A stretch of 64,000 bases of DNA from Curvularia clavata (Eukaryota): assembly GCA_023920165.1 (NCBI GenBank), contig CP089281.1:1550001-1614000 (forward strand), read 5' to 3'. Within the stretch, counting starts at the first letter, position 1. Every line of letters begins with the position of its first letter. The notes beneath the pieces were generated by a model. It made no database searches. It saw only the letters and a list, made by a program, of their open reading frames with translations, and had not been told where the DNA came from. Positions 11,688-25,226 of the stretch are shown in pieces. The position numbers were made by a program, and so were the translations under genes.

Positions 11688-13071
11688 TCAAGACTCTGCC
11701 TTTGCTTCTCCGTTCGATTCGCTATTGGTAGTGGTTGGCATCGCCACAGGGCCTCCAGGTGAGTCTGGCAGCCTTGCCGTCAAGACCTCTACACCATCCT
11801 CTGTTACGAGCAGTGTGTGCTCTGTACCATGTTAGCTTGTGGAAACACCAAAAAGAAAGAACATCTTCACAAAACTCACCGAATTGCGCAGTCAGGGAAC
11901 CATCTTGAGTAACACTGGTCCAATCATCCGGCCATGTCTTGTCTCGGTGCGAGCCAATGCTGATCATGGGTTCGATTGTGAAACACATTCCCGGTTTCGC
12001 TTGCCCAACAGCCTTGTTCTTCGCATAGTGAGGGACGTTGGGTGCGCAGTGGAATAGCTGATTGACACCGTGTCCGCAATAGGTCCTGATTACGCTGCAG
12101 TTCTTGCTCTTTGCGTGCTTCTCGATAACATTGCCGTATTCGCGGAACAGCGTGCCTGGCTTGGCAATCTCAATAGCCTTGTCCAGACATTCACGTGCCG
12201 TCTCGGTGACTCGTACCGCGTCTGGGTTCGCCAGCGCCTTGTCTCCAATGTAGTAGGTCTCGTTCAAGTCAGCGTGGAAACCGCCGTGGTAGACAGAGAT
12301 GTCGATGTTGAGGATGTCTCCGTCTTTCAGTACTCTTTGGTCGGGAATGCCGTGGCAAATAACCTCGTTAAGCGACGTGCATACGGACTTGGGGAAGTGG
12401 CAGTAGTTCAGTGGTGATGGATAAGACTATGTCTGTTAGCTGAGCAAATCCAGCATGACTTGCAGCCGTTCTTACGTCGCGCTCAATAGTGGCCTTGTGG
12501 ACAATCTCGTCAATGTAATCCGTCGTGACGCCAGGCTTCGCAGCTCTGCCCGCAATATCCAAGATCTCTCGCCCTAATCGGCACACTTTGCGCATAGCAT
12601 CTTGCTCCTCCTTGTTCAAGATGGTGATCTTATTCCTGTTGACAAACACTTGTTCCGAACGCGGGATTCCGTCCTTGGCATAGTCTGGTAACCGTATGTG
12701 CTTGGGCACTTCTCGTCGTGGCGATAGCGGATATACGGGTCTTAGGGCGCCGGTGTATGGATAGGTAGGGAATGGATTATAGTGGCCGGTGGCTGGATCC
12801 GGGTGAGAAACTACTTTGGGCGTGAAGATATTGGAGAGAATACTACTTTGTGACTTGTGCACCTTCTTGTGCTCAGCCTATGCTGGTATTAGATTGTCTG
12901 TTTTGCCTTGGAATTAATCATCTCGGTATATACCCAGTTGCGCTTGAAACATTCTTGCGAGCAGAAGTAGCTCTCCTTGCCTAGTTTTTGGCAGTTTGGA
13001 CATTGTAGGGTGCTGGCGTCATTTTCACAGTCCTGGCCTGAGCATTTGCGCGGGGTGTCTTCTGCGGCCAT
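11688..13071 (-). CDS. MAP1: Methionine aminopeptidase 1 with N-terminal zinc finger
   Basis: [81 protein letters not shown]; 3 clear introns; stop TGA at 11688-11690. Confidence 0.96.
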
Positions 13072-13536
13072 TATGCGTGCTGTGCGCGGAGACTGGTCGT
13101 GTGAGAGGGTGGTAGAGGGCAACGGTCGGCGACAAACTTCTAGGCCGATGCTTTTCTTAGCGCGCTAGGATGCTTCCCGCGACGAGTGTGGGTTCGCGCA
13201 AAAATCGAGTAGTGAAATGCTCCAACGAGGACTGGAATTCGTCGCACAAGTCCAGATTCGCCGACTACCGATCATCACTGTCTGCACTTCGCCGTTTTGG
13301 GATTACAGCCCTACCTTACCAATCAGCGGTACCTTGTCATCTCTTTCGATTCTCTTTGGCCTTTCGTCCGCGGTACGATAATTTTTCCAATCCAGTCACC
13401 CCTCAGCTGCTGAACTAGCCGTCATGCTCCTAGGCTTCTCTTTCGTCATTCCACCACCTAGCTTATCGCCTGATCACGGGACGTGAAGTTATTTGGTCCA
13501 GCTTCTCGCCCCTCTTTCGCTCCACCTCTCACTACA

Positions 13537-15096
13537 ATGACACAAAAGTTAGTCGTCGTCGGAGCTGGACCAGTGGGTTCCTTAGCCGCGCTATATGCTG
13601 CTGTGCGTGGATTTGAAGTTGAAGTGTATGAGCTAAGAGCAGGTGAGTCTTATCTTGCCTACAAACCATCTCGGTTCTAACATCCATCCATACTGACGCT
13701 AACTAGATCTTCGAAAGTCAAAGATCGATCCCCTCACCCATGGCAAATCCATCAATCTCGCTCTCTCGGAGCGTGGCATTCATTCTTTGCGCAAGACCGG
13801 GTTATCGGATCTTGCCGATGCAGTACTAGCCGAAACCTTTCCCATGCATGGTCGTATGATCCATGTGAGAAAGAATGGAGAATATGTTCGCCAGCCGCAG
13901 GCCTATGATGCGAGAGGACGAGTAAGCGCAGTTATATTGCATCCTCGACTCTGTACTGACGGTGTCAGAATTTGCTAGCCATGGACAGGACTGGTCTCAA
14001 CAAGACCCTCCTCGACCATCTGGAGGCTATGCCAAACGTCAAGCTCATGTTCAACCACAAACTGGTTGGTGCAGATTTCCGGAAGAAGATTGCCTGGTTC
14101 GAGTATCGCCCCAAATCACCTGAAGAGCAGGGTGACGAGTTCGAAATCAACTTTGACCTTATGATCGGTGCAGACGGTGCACACTCGGCCGTGCGATATC
14201 ATCTCATGAAGTTTGTGCCAATGTATTTCCATCAGGAATACATCGAAAAGCTTTGGTGCCAGTTCCACGTCCCTCCATCACCGGACGGCGAATTCCGTAT
14301 ACCACCAGGCTACTTACACATCTGGCCTCAAGACGAATCCATGTTCATTGCCCTACCAAACCTTGATAAGTCATTCACTTCTACTCTTTTCTTGAGCAGG
14401 GAAGGTTTCGAAGAGCTAGATGCCTCTGGAAAAGTTGTTGAGTATTTTGCCGACAAGTTTCCTGGTGTGGTGCCGGACCTCATTACAGAGGACGACCTAC
14501 GAAAGCAGTACAGATCCAACGAGCACCTGCCTTTGATCTCCATAAAATGCACACCATATCATTACGGTGATTCTGGTGTCATCTTGGGAGATGCTGCACA
14601 CGCGATGGTGCCATTTTATGGCCAAGGAATGAACGCTGGGCTGGAAGATGTCCGCGTCTTATTCGATTGTATCGACAAATATCCCAACGATCGGCATAAA
14701 GCATTGAATGAATACACCAAAGAGCGTACCCCCGATGCGCACTCTATCAACGACCTCGCTCTCGGAAACTATCGTGAGATGGCCAGCGATGTGAAGAAGC
14801 CGCTGTATCTGTTGAGAAAATGGGTCGAAGAGCAACTATATCTCTATATTCCAAGTGCCGGTTGGGCTACCCAATACTCACGGGTGACATTCAGCAACAT
14901 GCGGTACTCTGAGGTCAGAAAGGCCACTCAACATCAAGCCAAGATACTCAACGGGGTTGTTGGCATCAGTGTTGCATCCGTTCTTGCATTCGTGTTTTGG
15001 TTTGCTAGGTCTGGTGGCGCCCATCAAACCAAAATGCGTATCCTGCGAACTGTCTGTGTAGTTGCACAAAAGCTACAGAGGTTCATGCAGCGCTAG
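13537..15096 (+). CDS. BNA4: Kynurenine 3-monooxygenase (FAD-dependent)
   Basis: [12 protein letters not shown] motif, [56 protein letters not shown]-terminal TM; introns 13643-13706 and 13922-13968. Confidence 0.95.
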
Positions 15097-16278
15097 GGAA
15101 GCATCCTGAGAGGTACCTGTCTTTGCACCTGCGGAACAAAACGCAACAACTTGCCGAACCTGGTGGCTGTATTCAGTACACGCCGCGGTTTATCCACAAT
15201 TTCTCGAACTAGCCAACTGCGCGATTATGAACTAGGACTGGTCTCATGGACTAAATTGCGTCATGTCTCGTTTACATCATTAAAATTGCGAAGGTGCCAA
15301 AACCTCGCCATGTAAATATAAATTTCTTCACTCCCTCTCTAATTCTGCTCTATCTCCCTGAATTTCCAATACGGAGGTAGTAAATAATGCACGCACGGAT
15401 GATCTGCTAAGTTTTCACATGGAATGTTGTCCCGCATTGGGTATTGTGCAGCAAATATGGCGATCGTTCGAAATTGCTTCAATTTATTCTGTGGATCGGA
15501 GTATTCGCGTACCACGACGCATCGTGCCACGTGAACTCTTTATGAGGAGTGAAGCCCCACAAGTAGAATGTGGGGAGACATGTGCAGCAGCGACTTGCTT
15601 TAGATTGACAGTAACACCAGGCAGATGTATGTCGATTTGGACCTCCAAAAAACGCAAAGGTCATGTCCTTCGAACTGAGTGACCCAATCATATCACGGCC
15701 CTTTTCGTTCAATCTGCCACCACCTGCCCTCCAGCCATAATCCAGTGGACTGTACGCCCCGGTCTATGGCGAATGTGTGCTATCAACAGCATCTCCCTAG
15801 TATATGTTGGCTTCTGACTGCCAATCCGCTTTCCCGATACTAAGGGTTTTGTTCTTTACCGTGTATATTATATGGATAAAGACATCAGCCATTCACGATC
15901 CAGAGATAGTTATCACTTTGCCAGGTTTGCTTCTCGAACTAGGAGTATCTTCATTTGAGCAGGGTACAACAGCCAAGGCATGTGAGTGAAGGTCTAGAAG
16001 GTAATTAACGCTGCCTCCATTAATGGGACCCAATACTTCGATCGTATCGCAGCCCCATGTACCGGCCATGATCAAGCCAGCCACATGTGGCAGCCCTGGA
16101 TAAACTCGCTGGTATCCTGTCACACCTGGTGTTCTTTATCAAGTTATGATTTCACTTGAGACTTTCACTTTGATCTCAGTGTTTCCTTAGATACTCTCAA
16201 TTCCAGTGTTTGCACGTCCAACAGCTACGCAGCCGATCGCGCCTTTGAGGCACATTAATAGAAAGCCCCGCGATCACC

Positions 16279-17086
16279 ATGCGCTTCACGCCTTTCATAG
16301 CTTTTTGCAACCTTGGTGAGCTCATCACCTACTTATCTAGTAGACTGTCTTACTTACGCGATACCAGCTGAGGCATGGCCAAGATTCAACGAGCCTAGAC
16401 TAGCCCCCCGTGCTACAAGCTACCTAGACCCAGAGACTGGTTTCACCTTCTCTGAGACCAAAGCAGCCGCCACGCTCTCTAGCAACATCATATACCGCAT
16501 AGCTCAACCTGCCAATATCCCTGCTGGTCAGCCCTACGATGTAGTACTACAAGTCGTTGCACCCAACTCCCTTGGCTGGGTCGGACTCGCCTGGGGCGGC
16601 AGCATGGTCCGGAACCCACTTACAGTCTCTTATCCCAACGGACAGAGGCCTACCGTCTCTTCACGCTGGGCAACGTGAGTAATCCCACCGCCCATTGCCA
16701 TCCACACTCTCAAATGAACAAAGCTAAAGTTATCATCTAGTGCCCATTCCACTCCCCAGCAATACACATCAGCCACTTACACACCCCTCTCCATCGGAAA
16801 CAAAGCCAACAGCACGCACTGGCAACTCACCGTCAAATGTACCGGTTGCACTACATTCACAGGATCTTCTGGAATCGTACACATTGATCCTAGTGGCAGC
16901 AGGCGTCTAGCATTTGCGTGCTCGCAAAGCAAAGTTAGTAATTCTGGCTCGGCTTCTGCTAGTATTCCGGTACATGATGTGTACAACTATATCACGCACG
17001 ACTTTAGTGCGGGTGCAAATGCAAATTTTGAGGCCCTGCTGCGGAGAAATGGGGTTGTGAATGGGACGGCTGGGGGAAGTGTGTAA
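16279..17086 (+). CDS. Secreted stand-alone cellobiose-dehydrogenase cytochrome (AA8/CDH-cyt, DOMON-like) domain protein
   Basis: Introns 16316-16367 and 16675-16740; YLDPETGFTF, GWVGLAWGGSM (Met heme ligand), NSTHWQLTVKCTGCT, IPVHD (His ligand); the ORF stops without a flavin domain. Confidence 0.85.
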
Positions 17087-17413
17087 GTGAGATGGTGTTG
17101 GTGTTGGTCTTGGTAGAAGGATGGACATTTGTTCTTGGTAGATGATTTCGTAGGATTAGTAAATCTCATTGCTCAATACACAGCTTGATTAAATCAGCGC
17201 TTTTCTGCACGTTATGATGCTCATTTTGGAGATAATGCACATGCGGTCAAACCAAAGCGATTGGAATTCCACATTTCTCTACTGACTACATATTCAAGCG
17301 AATGTCATTTAACCCCGGTGCTTCACCTACAAGAAGATCCGTTTCGGTGCAGATACCTCATTTTCCTAGCTCTACCATCTCCATTACTGGATGTCCATAG
17401 TAAGTACACATAT

Positions 17414-18676
17414 CTACGCCGCGATAGCCACGTCGCCAAGCGGCAACGATTTGAGCCCTGTTTTGTTCGTTAGACTGCTTACTCCGCAAACCCAACATAG
17501 AAAAGAGAGAACGACCGAGACCAGGCAAGAACACCAGGAGATAGACTTACAGCCGTCAACTTGCTCGGGAGCCTGCTGTTTCTTCTTGCAAGCATTATAC
17601 TGCGCAGGCTGCTGAGTCGTAAGCCCAGCTTTAGGACAAGGGTTATTCAAGTTGCATCCGTTATCCATAGCCTTTTGTAGGGAGTCGCCTTCCCAGCCAA
17701 AAACATAGTCGCCGTGGGCAGCGGGTCCGCTACGGTACCGACATCAGCTCACGTTTATTGCGTATAAGAAGGAAGCGCTTTGCAGGAAAAACTCACCCGA
17801 TATTCATAGAGTAGACAAATGGATCCGAGCCATCCGTCGGCCAGAGGCTGCGGTCTGCAAATTTACTCACGTCCCACATCAGCTCGTACATGATCTGCGG
17901 CAGTTTAACTGGGTGAGTGGACGGACATGCACCACCGCCTGTAGCACCGCTTCCTTGACCATAAGCAACGTGGCTCTGGTGGTCAGGAGAGTCAAGGTTC
18001 TTTCCATCCCAGCAGGTGGGAAAGATGATGGTTTGGCGGATGAGCTTGCACTTCGGATCTTTGGGTATCTCGACGGTGTCTGAGCCGGTACATGGTGCGC
18101 CGCCGACAAAATTGTTCTCGGAGGTGGAAGTCCAACAGCGGTGGCATATGTTTGATAATTTTACTTTGCTTGGATCTTTATTGGTTGCTGACCCGGCGAG
18201 CATGCGGAAGCCTTTGGCGAAGGCGGTAGTCTTGCCGCTCGGGATGTAGTAGACGTCGAGACCACCGTCGTTAATGAGTCTGCCTTGGGGCCCGCCGTTT
18301 CCGATCTAGCGTATTTGTTAGTCTTTACCTACGTTTGGCTCCACCTTAGAGTCTTATTTACCTGAGGAACACGAATGTAAGAGCCGTTTTTGGCTTTGAA
18401 GAACATGACGGCTGTCCAATAGTTTGACTTATCTTGCACAAAGCTGCAGGAAGTGCATGTGGACGTCTTGGCCAAGTCGACTGAAGGGTCCATGGTGATG
18501 TTGAAGGCGTCGCCTCCTACGATCTGATGAAGATGGGGAGTGTACTTCATGCCAGGGTTGACAAGAGGATCCGTCCGCTCAACCACTAGCTGGGAGCAAG
18601 CAAATCGCAGCATGTTCTGGGCGAAGGCATGATTGGCGAGAGCCAAGAGCGCAGTGGCGACGTTATTCAAGTGCAT
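17414..18676 (-). CDS. Secreted DUF1996 domain protein
   Basis: Signal peptide MHLNNVATALLALANHAFA; LRFACSQLVVERTDPLVNPG, HLHQIVGG, STCTSC..QDKSNYWT, GFRMLAG, FPTCWDGKNLDSPDHQSHVAY, CPSTHPVKLPQ, HGDYVFGW; 3 introns. Confidence 0.9.
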
Positions 18677-20451
18677 TATGGTTTGGATATTCGAGCCAAA
18701 ATACGAGCAAATAGAGGAAAGAAGGTTGTCAGAAACTGCTGCGATGTGTAGAATATGTGGTAGGTATTGCAATGTTCTCTTTTATGTGCAGATTTCATCA
18801 TTGATCACTATGGCCAGTTGGCGGAGGTCAGTGGAGCAGTTTCCGGACTACAGGAAAGTTACGATAGATCATCGCTATGATATATTAGATCAATCTACGG
18901 TGCTACATCCATTGGGTAGCAGGGTAAGCCTCTAGTGTAATCGACCACGCCTTGTGATGAGATGAAGGTTGACCAAGCCTTGAAGGCAGCCCGCAAATAC
19001 TTGTTTTGGGCCTTTCATATACTAAACTCCACAATTCTGTGAAGCTTCAGGAACCTCAAGAATCAATTTCATCCTGTTGCATGTAACTCACTCACTGAGT
19101 GCTTGCACTATGCTCTATTCCTGTCCACGCCCGGACTTGGTCAAATTGTAAAAAAGCGGTGCTATTGAAACTGGTGGAAGAGACAAAACTGGAAATACAA
19201 GGCACGGAAATATGGGACATGTGGGGCTGTTATCAACAGCAATACTAGGCATGTATGAGCTTGAGCCAACACTGAGTCTGCCCTTCACATACGCGTCATG
19301 CATGCCCAGACTCTCAACAGCTTCCAGATCTCTTGGATGAGGACCATCAGCTCGTCATAAGACTTGTTGTATTGGGTGGAGGGTTCGAACATGATATTTA
19401 CATCAGCCATCATATCTGCGGCTGCCTCACGTTCTCACTGTGGCCTCAGTAGGCGGTACGTACCATGATGTGGCGGATACGAGCTGAATGAAATAGAGAA
19501 AACGTAATTCCCCATCACACTTACTGAGTGATGCCTTGTCCACAAGATATCCTAGCACGAAACATGACAGTAAGTTATAGTCCTGGCTTCGTATCGTGGC
19601 GCACAGCATCTCATGGATCATAAAGTGTGACAAGAAAGAAAGCGTAGTCTGACGTTTTGAACGCAAATATGCATATCTTGTCTCAGCAAGCCGTACAGCT
19701 GAGATACCCCCCATCATGCCTTAGAAGACAACATCGCATACGTAAATGAAGCATGAAGTCGAAGCAAGGTTTGCCGAAACCTGCGGGGCGCTCTTCGCTT
19801 ACTTCACTGCGCAACAGACGCTTTACCTAGATGGGACACACTCCCTTCGTCTCGTGGCACATTACCCGCACGCGCTGCTGTAGGCGGACAGTGCTTCCCT
19901 CCGAGGAATAGTAATATAAACTCGCTTGTTTGGCATACCAATCATGACACGGAAGCCATTAGCCGATGCGGATCAGGCTAAGTTGGTGTCTGCATTTGTC
20001 TTTCTTGGTCGCCTGCATATTGCGACTCGTGGGGTCCCTTCCTCGTATCCATCGGTATCTGACGTTTTGCCACGTTGTTTAAAGTCATGCAAAGTGCCGT
20101 AAACTTCGTGTGGGGTCAACACCAAGGGTGCAAAGAGCGGGGATTCTGTGTTTATGTATATTACAATGGACGTACTCACTCCTCAAGATTGCATACTGCG
20201 ATGTGGGACCATTAAGCTGTGGGGGTTAGAATAGACTATTACTAGGGTCTTGTGAAGCCAGATGCAGAGTGGAGGTCGGGGCCTGTTATCTCTCACAAAG
20301 AGTGCTTAGATAGCAAGTGTAAAACTCTCTATTGAACTTATGCTCGCTCAAATTACGCATCAAGAAGCAAACCGCCCTTGGATATCAAAATATTCGCCCA
20401 TAGTGAACAATCCCTCCATGCAATTTCGTCTTCCTAAAGACGAGGGTATCA

Positions 20452-23400
20452 TTACCAAGCCATCTTAGCGACTGGCCCTTTCGGCCATGTACGCACGCAA
20501 TACTTTCTCGCTTCGTCAAGTAGAAGCAAGCCCAAACCGAAAGCAGCAGGGAGAAACCAATGCTCAACAGAAACGGTTGTCGTGTCAATGACATCCTGCA
20601 GAGAAGGAATGTAAAGGAAGATGAAAGCAACAACAATAGCGAAGATCATGGCCGGGAACAGAGAGAGATTCTGTCTACATGTTAGTGGATGAAATTCCAT
20701 AGAACAAATGCCACTACATACCTGTGTGGCCTTGTTGAAGATGGGAGGTTGCTGGAATATGCTCAGACGTCTGGTGCGTGTCGCAAGCAGATTGAACAAT
20801 TGCCTGATTTCCATGTAAGCTCGGTTCCAGGTATTTCCTCTCTTTGTGACTTACATGACAACCAGGGTGACGAAATAGATACTAGAGGCCTCATTCGTGA
20901 GCTTAGTTATGAGGTCCGAGCTGTATTGAGGGTCGTAGTTTCCAAATTTCAACCACATAGCTGTGAATGGGACTCCTTGACGCTGAATCCACCAAAATGC
21001 CATGGTGAATGCCAGGAAACATTGGAGAAGACCGACGCAGAAGTATGCGTGGAAGATGAGGCGAGCGTTGACAAGTTTGTCCTTCTTCATGTTGCGGGGA
21101 GGACGGACCAAGACATCGGCTTCTGGCTTCTCATATGCAAGCGTCACGGCAGCGGCACAATCAGTGAGACAGCAGATGATAATCTGGACAATGTTAGCTC
21201 AAGTTCCTGGAGTATCACTGAAAGTTTCCTTACCATCAGGAAAGAGGACAGAATCTGTGGGATACCAAATACAACGTTGGTAACAACGGGCCACAGCTCA
21301 CTAAAACTACCAGCGGGTAGCAAGTAAACGATAGTCTTCTTGAGGTTGTCAAAAACGAGGCGTCCATACTTGACAGCTTCGACAATGGCGGCAAATGAGT
21401 CGAGGAGAACCATATCAGCGGCTTCGATGGCGATGTCAGAGCCACCACCCATGGCGATTCCAATATCAGCTGCCTTCAGCGATGGCGCATCATTGACACC
21501 GTCACCGGTCATGCCAACAATGTTCTCCCGAGCCTGGAATTCCTTGACGATACGAAGCTTTTGTTCAGGGGTTGTTCGAGCGAACACGATTTCCTGATAA
21601 GCGCAAAGTTGATTCCACTGAGCATCGTTCAAAGTGATGAGCTCTGGACCGCTGAGGACAATGGCCTGCTTTGTTTTGCCGATAGCTTCACCATGTCTGT
21701 CAAGAGCGCTGATGTCGTCAACAATAGCCGAGTTCGAGATGATACCGCACTCTTCCGCAATGGCTTGGGCAGTAAGCTTGAAGTCGCCAGTGACCATGAA
21801 AATTCGAATCGAAGCTCCGCGAAGGATCCTCACGACCTCCGGAATTTCATCGCGAGGCGGATCAACAATACCAACAATACCCACAAATGTGAGTCCATCA
21901 CGGATGGAGGCGAGAACATCCTTCTCTTGAGTAGCAGAGCCAGGTACTACGGTGGGTTTGCGCGCAAGCAAGATGACGCGCTTGCCCTGACGTGACCACA
22001 TATCTTTGACGTTCTCGATCCAGGCACGTTTAGACTCAGAGAGAACAATTTCTTCCCCTTTCTCATTCAGGGCGAGTTCGCAACGAGGAAGGAGAATATC
22101 AGGAGCTCCTTTGACCAAAATAGTACTGTGATTGTCAGCAAAGTTACCAAAATTTCAAAATGGTTACGCTTACCCAGCGATGTTAGCCGTGTTAGGCTGA
22201 TCGGCAGGGACCATAATCCTGACCATGAACTTGTTCTTGCTGTTGAAGGCGATTTCAAAAGTCTTCTTCCACTGATTTCGCAGCTCAGCGACCGGGCCGA
22301 ATGATTCAGACAATCGAAGAATAGCTTGGTCAGTTGCATCACCGTTGATCGTGCGATCAGCGATGGGCATGTGCATGGTTGCAGCATCAAACTCGCCAGA
22401 GTTGCAAAGACCACCGATAATGCGAATTTGGTCGACAGCAAGGGGCTTTGGCACGGTGCCTTTAGCAGAATCGGCAGCATACTGCGAGGCTGCCATTGCT
22501 CCGAGTGCCGCGTCGACAGTGTATGTCTTATCAATAGAGCATACATCTGTAACGACCATTTTGTTCTTTGTCAGGGTTCCGGTCTTGTCTGAGCAGATGA
22601 CGGATACTGATCCGAGTGTTTCGACAGTCTTGAGTGACTTGCAGAGAATCTTGTTCTTGCGCATCATGTTGGCGACAATTGTCAAGCTCGTGGTAAGTGC
22701 AATAGGTAGACCCTCAGGAATGACTATGATAGGAATGTCAGTGGGTTTTCAGAGTGTTTGGATTTTGAAGCCTGCGTACATGCAACAGCTGCCGAAACGC
22801 AACTGACGATAAGTTGCGGAACGTTGATCCATGTCGGATGTGCTTTTCTCAACCATGCCGCCCTGGAAATCGTAAGTATGTACTCTTCGAATCATAGAGG
22901 GCTCGATATGCGCATCATGACTCATGTACTTACCAAAGAACGATAATGAGAACTACGACACAGAAGATGAAGAGCGAGATGATGAGTACAAAGCGTAGGA
23001 TCTCCTTTTGAAGCGGAGTCATGCCAGTCTTGGGATCCGAGGTGAGCTTAGCAATGCGTCCGAATATGGTGTTGTCACCGGTTGCCACGCAGATGCCGAT
23101 GCAGCTACCAGAAACGCAGTGCGTTCCTTGCAGACCAATGTTGTTGGTTTCGAGATAGTTCTCCTCGGTTCGGTCGACGGTAGCATTGACGGGCTCGGAT
23201 TCACCTAAAACCAATTAGACGTTGCAATCAAGATACGAAAATAACGCCTACCAGTGAGGATTGCCCTGTCAAACATGGCGTCACCGGAAACTTCAAAAAA
23301 GCGAACGTCAGCGGGAAGCTTGTTGCCCTGTTTGATGACGATGATGTCTCCGGGTACCAAATCTTGAGCTGAGATGCTGGTGTGCGATCCACCGCGGATA

Positions 23401-24125
23401 ACGATACACTGATCTGGAAGCATGGTGCCGATGGAAGCCATGACTTTGCTCGTCGACCAATCTTGCCATGCATTGAATGCAGCCTGAATGAGCCAAACGG
23501 CAATCAACACGCAAGCCAGAGCCAGGTTTGCAGGTGCTGGAGGTGTACCAAGGGGTTTCCAGGAAATGAAGACCAAAATTCCGGCAACAATCAAAATGCT
23601 TCCAAATCCTCCGAAAAAGTAGCCTGCCAACTTCCCGAGAAGCCCAGAAGGCGGAGGAGTGATCTTGTTCGGTCCGTATTCGTTTTTGAGGCGTCTGACA
23701 TCATCGTCGTTGAGACCGCGTTCAGTGTTCACAGACAGGCGTTTACACAGCTCGTCGATAGCAAGTGTATGCCACTCTAAACCAGCAACATCTGTATAAC
23801 GGGGTTAGCATATCATGTGGGAGAAGTGTCAAAAGGCATAATCACCAACAGCCGCCTTCTCCTTGGCCTTTTTTGCTTCGGCCTGTTTTTGGAGCTGGCG
23901 TTCATCGACCTCAATAGACAGTGTACGATAGGCGATCGGCAGTGCAGTCTCTGGCTGAACCATACGGGCTCCGGCAGCGCTGCGGATGGAGAGACTGCCT
24001 ACGCTGGACCGCCTCGATAAACGTCGCTCATGGCGTCGCTCATGCGCTGCAAATCTCTCATCTTCATCTGGGGCGTTGAGCTCCCCAAAACGAATACGGG
24101 GTTGTCCTTTCTCTTCTTGATCCAT
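20452..24125 (-). CDS. P-type cation ATPase, Na+/K+-ATPase-like (fungal ACU-type K+/Na+ uptake ATPase)
   Basis: Multi-exon. Motifs [104 protein letters not shown]. Confidence 0.92.
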
Positions 24126-25226
24126 GTGAATGAGCGCGACGAGAACGATGGCTCTTAAGTACAAAGAAGAGAAGAGGAAAGAAGACGTGTTCAGACAAGC
24201 AGGGCTACTCGTTGAATTGAGTGAGGAGCCGATTTTATATCAGAGACAGACACAGCTACAACTTGATTTTATCAAGTCACCCCGACAAAGCAACTACAGT
24301 CGCCACGGGCGCTTGCTTTGGGACCCTTGCCGAGCCGCCAGATGACTAGATTCAAGCGAAAGGAAGCATACTCGGTAGCTGCATACCAGCAACCTGGATG
24401 ACAGCCTCCAACCCCTTCTACGGGCTGCCAGGCTTGATTGGACGCACAAATGCCTCAACACGTTCAGAATGATGGAGACAATGCGGCACCGTGGAGTGTC
24501 AGAGAAATTGCCTGTCACATCACACGGCAGCGAGTACGTGGGGGGCGTTGCTACTCCGGTGTGATGGTTGAGTTTAAACTGATGGTGGTTAGCGGTGAGC
24601 GATTTACGATGCCTGGCATAGCCACGCTGCTAAACGCGCGACCAAGCTCCCCCGCCAAAAGTCTCCAAGCATGCGCGATTTTCGATTCTGGGACTTGGAG
24701 CAGGCTGGAGCATGTGCGCAGATGGCCATATGAACGATTCTATGACTGCGAATCTTGCTGCTTCGAGAGAGCGCCCCGACGAAGGATCGTAATGTTGCAG
24801 GCGGTGGCTACATACCAAGACCTCGCCGAGTAAAATCATAGGAGCCAGCTGTCGATATGCTAAATGCGCGTGCTGGATAGAAGGATTTTGGCAATTGTCA
24901 CAAAAATTGAACAGGTGAGGATCCAATTGAGTCCGTTCGCGAATCTGGATTCCCAGAAGCCGTGAAGCGTCACACAGATGCAAGTAACACCTAGCACTAC
25001 AAAGGCTCCATCCTCTCGGCATCACCTAAATGACGGGTGCAGATCAAGGTACCGAGTTTTGGGGGGGAGCTGTGCGCAGACATGAAACGTCGCGAGGGCG
25101 ACAGATGGTTGGTAGGGCTGATGTGCCCCGGGCAACCAAGCTTTTCTAGTAAGGTCTGGGCAAAAGCATGCTCTCATTCCCAATTCATCACATAACCGAA
25201 CTTGGAATATCTTGCCGACTCCTTTC

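Noticed and set aside
18700..20400. Long intergenic region searched for hidden exons, tRNA or transposon ends
   Set aside because: No consistent splice chain, cloverleaf or terminal repeats could be supported by eye.
24427..24617. Two GCCAGG (PacC consensus) sites upstream of the ACU ATPase
   Set aside because: Biologically plausible, but two degenerate hexamers in ~1 kb are close to chance expectation.
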